Part shown: in pieces, positions 61,123 to 64,000 of the stretch
Layout of the letters: each line of letters starts with the position of its first letter
Position numbering within the stretch: position 1 is the stretch's first letter
Source of the DNA: an uncultured Actinomycetes bacterium
Lineage (GTDB): Bacteria > Actinomycetota > Thermoleophilia > UBA2241
DNA length: 64,000 bases
Direction: 5' to 3'
Assembly: GCA_963725665.1 (NCBI GenBank)
Contig: CAVRZA010000004.1
Location: 544,001 to 608,000, forward strand
Translations under genes and position numbers: made by a program
Notes under the pieces: model-generated
Database searches by the model: none
Told to the model about the DNA's origin: nothing
What the model saw: only the letters and a program-made list of their open reading frames with translations

Positions 61123-62546
61123 ACGAGACGGGGAAGGACGGCCCAACCGGGGAGGCCCGGCGTCAGGACGCAAGCGGCTCGCCGACGCCGGGGCTGACGC
61201 GTGGGCAGGAGCTCTTCGCTGACGCCGCGCGGCACCTTGTGGGGGGCGTCGGCTCGGGCACACGCTCGCCGCGCTCCGGCTGGCAGCCGTACCCGATCTT
61301 CGTCGAGTCGGCGCGCGGCGCCCACGTGATCGACGTAGACGGCAACGAGTACATCGACTACGCCATGGGGCTTGGGCCGCTGATCCTCGGTCACCGGCCG
61401 CGGGCCGTCATCGAGGCGGTCACGCGCGTGATCAACGAACGCGGCTCCATGTTTGCTCTCGCCCACGACCTCGAGGGCCGCGCGGCGGCCGTCGTCGCTG
61501 AGCGCGTGCCTTCGATGGAGCTCGTGCGCTTCGGCAACTCCGGCACCGAGTGCTGCCACTACGCCATCCGCTTCGCGCGCGCCTTCACCGGACGCCAGCT
61601 CGTGGTGCGCTTCGAGGGTCACTACCACGGCTGGTCCGACGTCATCCATTGGTCGGCCCACCCCGCCCTCGCGAAGGCCGGGCCGGAGGCGGCGCCGGCC
61701 GTCGTGCCGGAGACGACGGGCATGACGGCCGGCGCCGCCTCCGGCCTGCTCGTCCTCGGCTGGAACGACCCCGAAGCACTTGAGCAAGTCTTCGCGGAGC
61801 GCGGCGACGAGATCGCCGCCGTGATCACCGAACCCATCGACGGCAACAGCGGCGCCATCATGCCCGAACCCAGCTACCTCGAGACGATGCGTCGGCTCAC
61901 CGAGCGACATGGCGCCCTGCTCATCTTCGATGAGGTGCTGACCGGCCTTCGTGTGCACCCCGCCGGCGCGCAGGGCCTCTTCGGGATGAGCCCCGACCTC
62001 ACCGTGCTGGCGAAGGCGCTCGGCGGCGGCTTCCCCGTGGCCGCCTTCGGCGGTCGCCGCGACGTGATGGAGATGGCGGCCGACGGGCGCACGATGCACG
62101 GCGGTACCTACAACTCGAGCCCGCTGGTCTGTGCCGCCGTGCTTGCCACGATGGCCGAGACGGGCAAGGCGGGCTTCTACGAGCGCCTCGGTGAGCTCGG
62201 CTCGCGTCTGCGCAACGGTCTGCTTGCCGCCGCCCACGATGCTGGCCTCGGGGCCTGCTGGAGCGGCCCGCCGCAGATGGGGCAGCTGTGGTTCGCGACG
62301 CGTCCGCCGCGTACCTACCGCGAGGCGATGAAGGTCGCCGCGGTGAGCCCCTACTTCACGCTCTACCGTGAGCTGCGCGAGCGCGGCGTCATCATCCAGC
62401 CGCCGCAGGAGGGCCTGCTCTTCGTGTCGGGTGGTCACACCGACGCCGACATCGAGCGCACGGTCGAGATCGCCTGGGAGGTGATGCCGCTCGTGGCGCG
62501 GGCCGCGGCCGAAGGTCGGGTCGGCCCGCGCGGCGGCGTGCGCTGA
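61119..62546 (+). CDS. Class III PLP aminotransferase (GSA-aminomutase-like)
   Basis: DVDGNEYIDY, NSGTE, FEGHYHG, IFDEVLTG, AKALGGGFP, HGGTYN. Confidence 0.88.
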   Translation: MNETGKDGPTGEARRQDASGSPTPGLTRGQELFADAARHLVGGVGSGTRSPRSGWQPYPIFVESARGAHVIDVDGNEYIDYAMGLGPLILGHRPRAVIEAVTRVINERGSMFALAHDLEGRAAAVVAERVPSMELVRFGNSGTECCHYAIRFARAFTGRQLVVRFEGHYHGWSDVIHWSAHPALAKAGPEAAPAVVPETTGMTAGAASGLLVLGWNDPEALEQVFAERGDEIAAVITEPIDGNSGAIMPEPSYLETMRRLTERHGALLIFDEVLTGLRVHPAGAQGLFGMSPDLTVLAKALGGGFPVAAFGGRRDVMEMAADGRTMHGGTYNSSPLVCAAVLATMAETGKAGFYERLGELGSRLRNGLLAAAHDAGLGACWSGPPQMGQLWFATRPPRTYREAMKVAAVSPYFTLYRELRERGVIIQPPQEGLLFVSGGHTDADIERTVEIAWEVMPLVARAAAEGRVGPRGGVR

Positions 62547-62627
62547 TCCCGGTCGACCCTGGCGCCGTGCACAGTCTTGACAGCGCCGATTTGCTGCGGA
62601 AGAGCGGCAATGCGCTACTCTGGTGAC

Positions 62628-63257
62628 GTGAGCACGATCAGCACAGAGGTGAGAGCGCCCGTCGCGGTCGGCACGCTTGAGGGGGCGTCGGCTCGGATCG
62701 TGGCCCTCCCGTTCGGTCGCTTCAAGTTGCGCGTGCGCGATGGCCTGCTCGCGGCCAGCGTGGGAGAGGCGTGGGTCAGGGTCGAGGGCGCCGTCGTCCG
62801 GCTGAGCGCGAGACGTCCGCCCCGCTGGTCGACCGTGGTCGGCTTGTTCGTTCCGCTCGGCTTCGCCGCCGCCGCCGTGTTGCTCTTGCTCGGCACGCCC
62901 CGGCTGGCACTCCTCGCGAGCGGCGTCACGCTGGCCTCCATGGCCGTCGTTGAGACTCTGCAAAGGTCTCTGGCCATGCGCGAAGAGGCGGCGGTGTACG
63001 CCGCCGACACCTACGTGGTCGACGTCAGGCGTCCACTGGGGCTCGACAGGATCGCGTGGCTGCTCGGTACGGTGGAGTGGCTGCTTCCTCGCCCGCTGGC
63101 CGACCTCATCGGTCGCCGTGTGGTCGTGGTCGAGGCGTCCTTCGGCCCCGACCGCCTTTCGATCCAGCGGCGCGCCTTCGTGGCACGAAGGGTAGTCACC
63201 GCAGAGGAGCTGGTGCGGTCCCTGAGGGCGGCGCGCCTCCCTCGCCTCAGGACCTAG
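62628..63257 (+). CDS. Hypothetical membrane protein (probably leaderless)
   Basis: Two TM helices; TACTCT 6 nt before GTG. Confidence 0.5.
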   Translation: MSTISTEVRAPVAVGTLEGASARIVALPFGRFKLRVRDGLLAASVGEAWVRVEGAVVRLSARRPPRWSTVVGLFVPLGFAAAAVLLLLGTPRLALLASGVTLASMAVVETLQRSLAMREEAAVYAADTYVVDVRRPLGLDRIAWLLGTVEWLLPRPLADLIGRRVVVVEASFGPDRLSIQRRAFVARRVVTAEELVRSLRAARLPRLRT

Positions 63258-63258
63258 G

Positions 63259-64000
63259 TCACGCGCGGGCCGGCGCCGGGACGCGCGGCGCCACGAAGAG
63301 GACCGCCACGTCGTCGGCGAGCGGCGCGCCGTTGGCCACTCTCACCTCGTCGACAAGCCGCACGAGGCCGGCGTGGTCGATGTCGTCGGCGGAGCCGTTC
63401 TTCTCCAGGAGTCCGACAAGGCGCCGCAAGCCCAGCCTCTCGCTCGAGCCGGCCTGGGCGCGACCCTCCACGAGGCCGTCCGTGTAGAAGAGCAGCGCCC
63501 AGTCGTCGGGAAGCTTGACCTCGGCCGGGCGCCAGCGTTCTCCCGGGAACATGCCGAGAGCCGGGCCATAGGGGATGTCGATCTCACGGACGCCGTCGTC
63601 GAGGAGCAGCGGCCTATGGTGGCCGCCCAGCACGACTCTCAAGCGTGAGCCACGGGAGTCAAGCCAGGCGCAGCAGACGGTGGCGAACTCGGCGTCGTCG
63701 GGGCGGTCGCGCTCTAACACCTGTTCGAGGCCCGCCATCACCTCGGCCGGCTCGAGGCCGGCCATCGCCATGGCGCGCCACGACGCGCGCAGCGTCGCGC
63801 CTAGTGCCGCCGAGTCGGGCCCGTGACCCGAGACGTCTCCGATGACGAGGGCCAGCTCGCCGCTCGGCGTCTCGACGGCGCCCAGGAAGTCACCGCCGAT
63901 GCGCATCTTCTCCTCGCCGGCGACGTAGTGGTAGTCGACACGCAGCTGCGGCGTGCCGAGGTGGGGGCGCGGGAGGAGGCTCTGCTCGAGGCGTTTGAGG
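63259..64000 (-). CDS. PP2C/SpoIIE (RsbU-like) phosphatase, 5' end outside window
   Basis: LEQSLLP, IGGDF, IGDVSGHG, FYTDGLVE, DDVAVL. Confidence 0.9.
   Translation of the reverse strand, partial: LKRLEQSLLPRPHLGTPQLRVDYHYVAGEEKMRIGGDFLGAVETPSGELALVIGDVSGHGPDSAALGATLRASWRAMAMAGLEPAEVMAGLEQVLERDRPDDAEFATVCCAWLDSRGSRLRVVLGGHHRPLLLDDGVREIDIPYGPALGMFPGERWRPAEVKLPDDWALLFYTDGLVEGRAQAGSSERLGLRRLVGLLEKNGSADDIDHAGLVRLVDEVRVANGAPLADDVAVLFVAPRVPAPARA

Noticed and set aside
61119-62546. hemL (tetrapyrrole synthesis)
   Set aside because: It has GGVGSGTR rather than GGVNSPVR and sits in a LacI-controlled catabolic operon.

Overview
High-GC window from what looks like an Actinomycetota genome, possibly Thermoleophilia-like. 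This is inferred from the actinobacterial-type bcc complex, Rpf-like proteins and candidate leaderless starts. The core is an energy-metabolism island: a complete E. coli-type complex I operon (nuoA-N, fused nuoCD) divergent from a fused NfnAB electron-bifurcating transhydrogenase, then a trimethylamine methyltransferase (MttB), then qcrCAB, heme O synthase, a caa3-type oxidase (subunit I/III fusion) and copper-handling genes. Two signals stand out. (1) mttB has an in-frame TAG (33185-33187) exactly at the pyrrolysine position, although TAG is a very common ordinary stop here, including at the end of mttB itself. (2) NuoF naturally has Ala at the E. coli E183 position (CGEAS instead of CGEET), the change known to let E. 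coli complex I oxidise NADPH, so this may be a natural NADPH-accepting complex I next to its NADPH-linked partner NfnAB. The flanks hold housekeeping genes, cell-wall hydrolases, tRNA-Leu(CAA), transporters and a LacI-regulated fructosamine-type catabolic cluster. Several small indels probably reflect long-read assembly errors. All calls are by eye and motif recall; no searches were run.
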